Of a DNA stretch of 64,000 nucleotides, positions 63,001 through 64,000 are shown one piece after another. The DNA is taken from the NCBI GenBank assembly GCA_050084985.1, contig JBITNC010000001.1, positions 180,358,001-180,422,000 on the forward strand, read 5' to 3'. The notes beneath the pieces were generated by a model. The model saw only the letters and a program-made list of their open reading frames with translations. It was not told the origin of the DNA and ran no database searches. The position numbers and the translations under genes were made by a program. The DNA is from Nageia nagi (lineage: Eukaryota; Plantae; Pinophyta). Every line of letters starts with the position of its first letter. Within the stretch, counting starts at the first letter, position 1.

Positions 63001-63500
63001 ATTAGCTCCTTATGATTTTTTCTAGGAATGTGTGCCATGTGATTTGTTTCCTTTAAGCCTTAAGATCTCTAGGTATCCATCCAAGTTCATGTCTCTCCTC
63101 AAAATTGGATCAAATACAGAATACTACATGAAAATCTAATTCAACTCTAGAGGGCTAGGAACTTGGTTCTCTGACTCATTTGTAGACTTCTTGGTAAACA
63201 TGGATTTGGATGGCTTGGGGATAATGGATTACTCCCCTATCTTCCCAACATCCTCATCTAGGAACTCCTTAGGAGAGGGTTAGTTCTTATGGAGCTCTAT
63301 GAGAGTGAGATTTCAAAATTATGGGTTCTAGATGACCCATGGATCCATGGTGAGTGGGTTCCCTATATCTTAAACTATAGTATCTCCTTAGGCTCAGCTC
63401 TCTACTTTCCTTGTCCTGCTCTCTAAGATCCTCTCCTTCATCAAGGATAAAATGTGGGGGGATCATGTGCCTCTCTGGAACCTCTTGACCTTTGATATAC

Positions 63501-63612
63501 CTATGGATGGTGGTTAATTATTTCTACATGGTGTTTATGGATCTTTTCATGCTATGGATGGTGGTTAACTATATATACATGGTGTTTATGGCTCCCATCA
63601 TGTTATGGATGG
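63501..63612. repeat. 51-bp tandem duplication (x2.2)
   Basis: ctatggatggtggttaa...tacatggtgtttatgg at 63501 and 63552. Confidence 0.8.
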
Positions 63613-64000
63613 CCAAGATGAGCTCATTAAATCTCCTCTTAGGTGTGGATTCCCAAGACAAAGTAAGGCTTCTCCTCTTGATCGATGTTATTCTCCCCCT
63701 TATCAACTCATTATCCTCACCAAAATAATTCATATTTGGGACTTCATTCATCCATGGTTGATGGTCCTCCTCTTGGACTGCTCTAGGAGGGGTATCTTCA
63801 TGCTATGACTTTCTATTCTTCCTTTAAGATGTCATCTCTTTTTTTATTCTAGACATATTGTAGTAGTGGTGAACTACAAGTATCATTCATAGGTTGGAAA
63901 GATCCAAGATTTGATACTCCTATAGAATCCCAAATACAATTCAAGTATAATTAAATAAAAATACATAAGTATATTCCTTAAATCTGGATGGGTAGAACAC

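Larger units (their letters stand above)
59616..64000 (-). mobile_element. Non-autonomous Ty3/gypsy element (gag-protease only); 5' LTR runs off window
   Basis: 3' LTR 59616-60810 (minus TGATGTCCCC...CTACA) with PPT ttcaagaggggaggc. A second LTR copy starts at 63921 next to a decayed PBS (tttgatactc). No RT/RH/INT between protease and PPT. Confidence 0.82.

Overview
AT-rich, strongly CpG-depleted plant nuclear DNA. The style suggests a very large genome, possibly a gymnosperm or fern, but that is inference only. No intact host gene, RNA gene or CRISPR array is supported. The window is a stack of old, C-to-T-eroded transposons, and much of its nesting can be read from target-site duplications (TSDs). 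(0) A minus-strand Tat/Ogre-like Ty3/gypsy (3' LTR ~5545-6374, pol ~53840-58525) is interrupted by (A) a same-family plus-strand element 6771-52510 (TSD ATAAC, gag-pol ~12540-18752). A carries a hAT-like transposon with a second convergent gene and a candidate captured exon chain. The 3' LTR of A is split by (C) a non-autonomous LTR element 29519-51932 (TSD AAGAT) carrying two divergent decayed cargo ORFs. C is split by (D) a short-LTR element 31074-47806 (TSD ATGCC/ATGCG). D in turn hosts (E) a gag-less Copia 31304-38765 (TSD AGAGC) and (F) a full-length L1 LINE ~41897-47452 (17-bp TSD). Further gypsy/copia fragments flank both ends, including a gag-protease-only gypsy whose RT-INT is replaced by a 30-bp (10-aa) repeat. 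All coding regions are pseudogenised.
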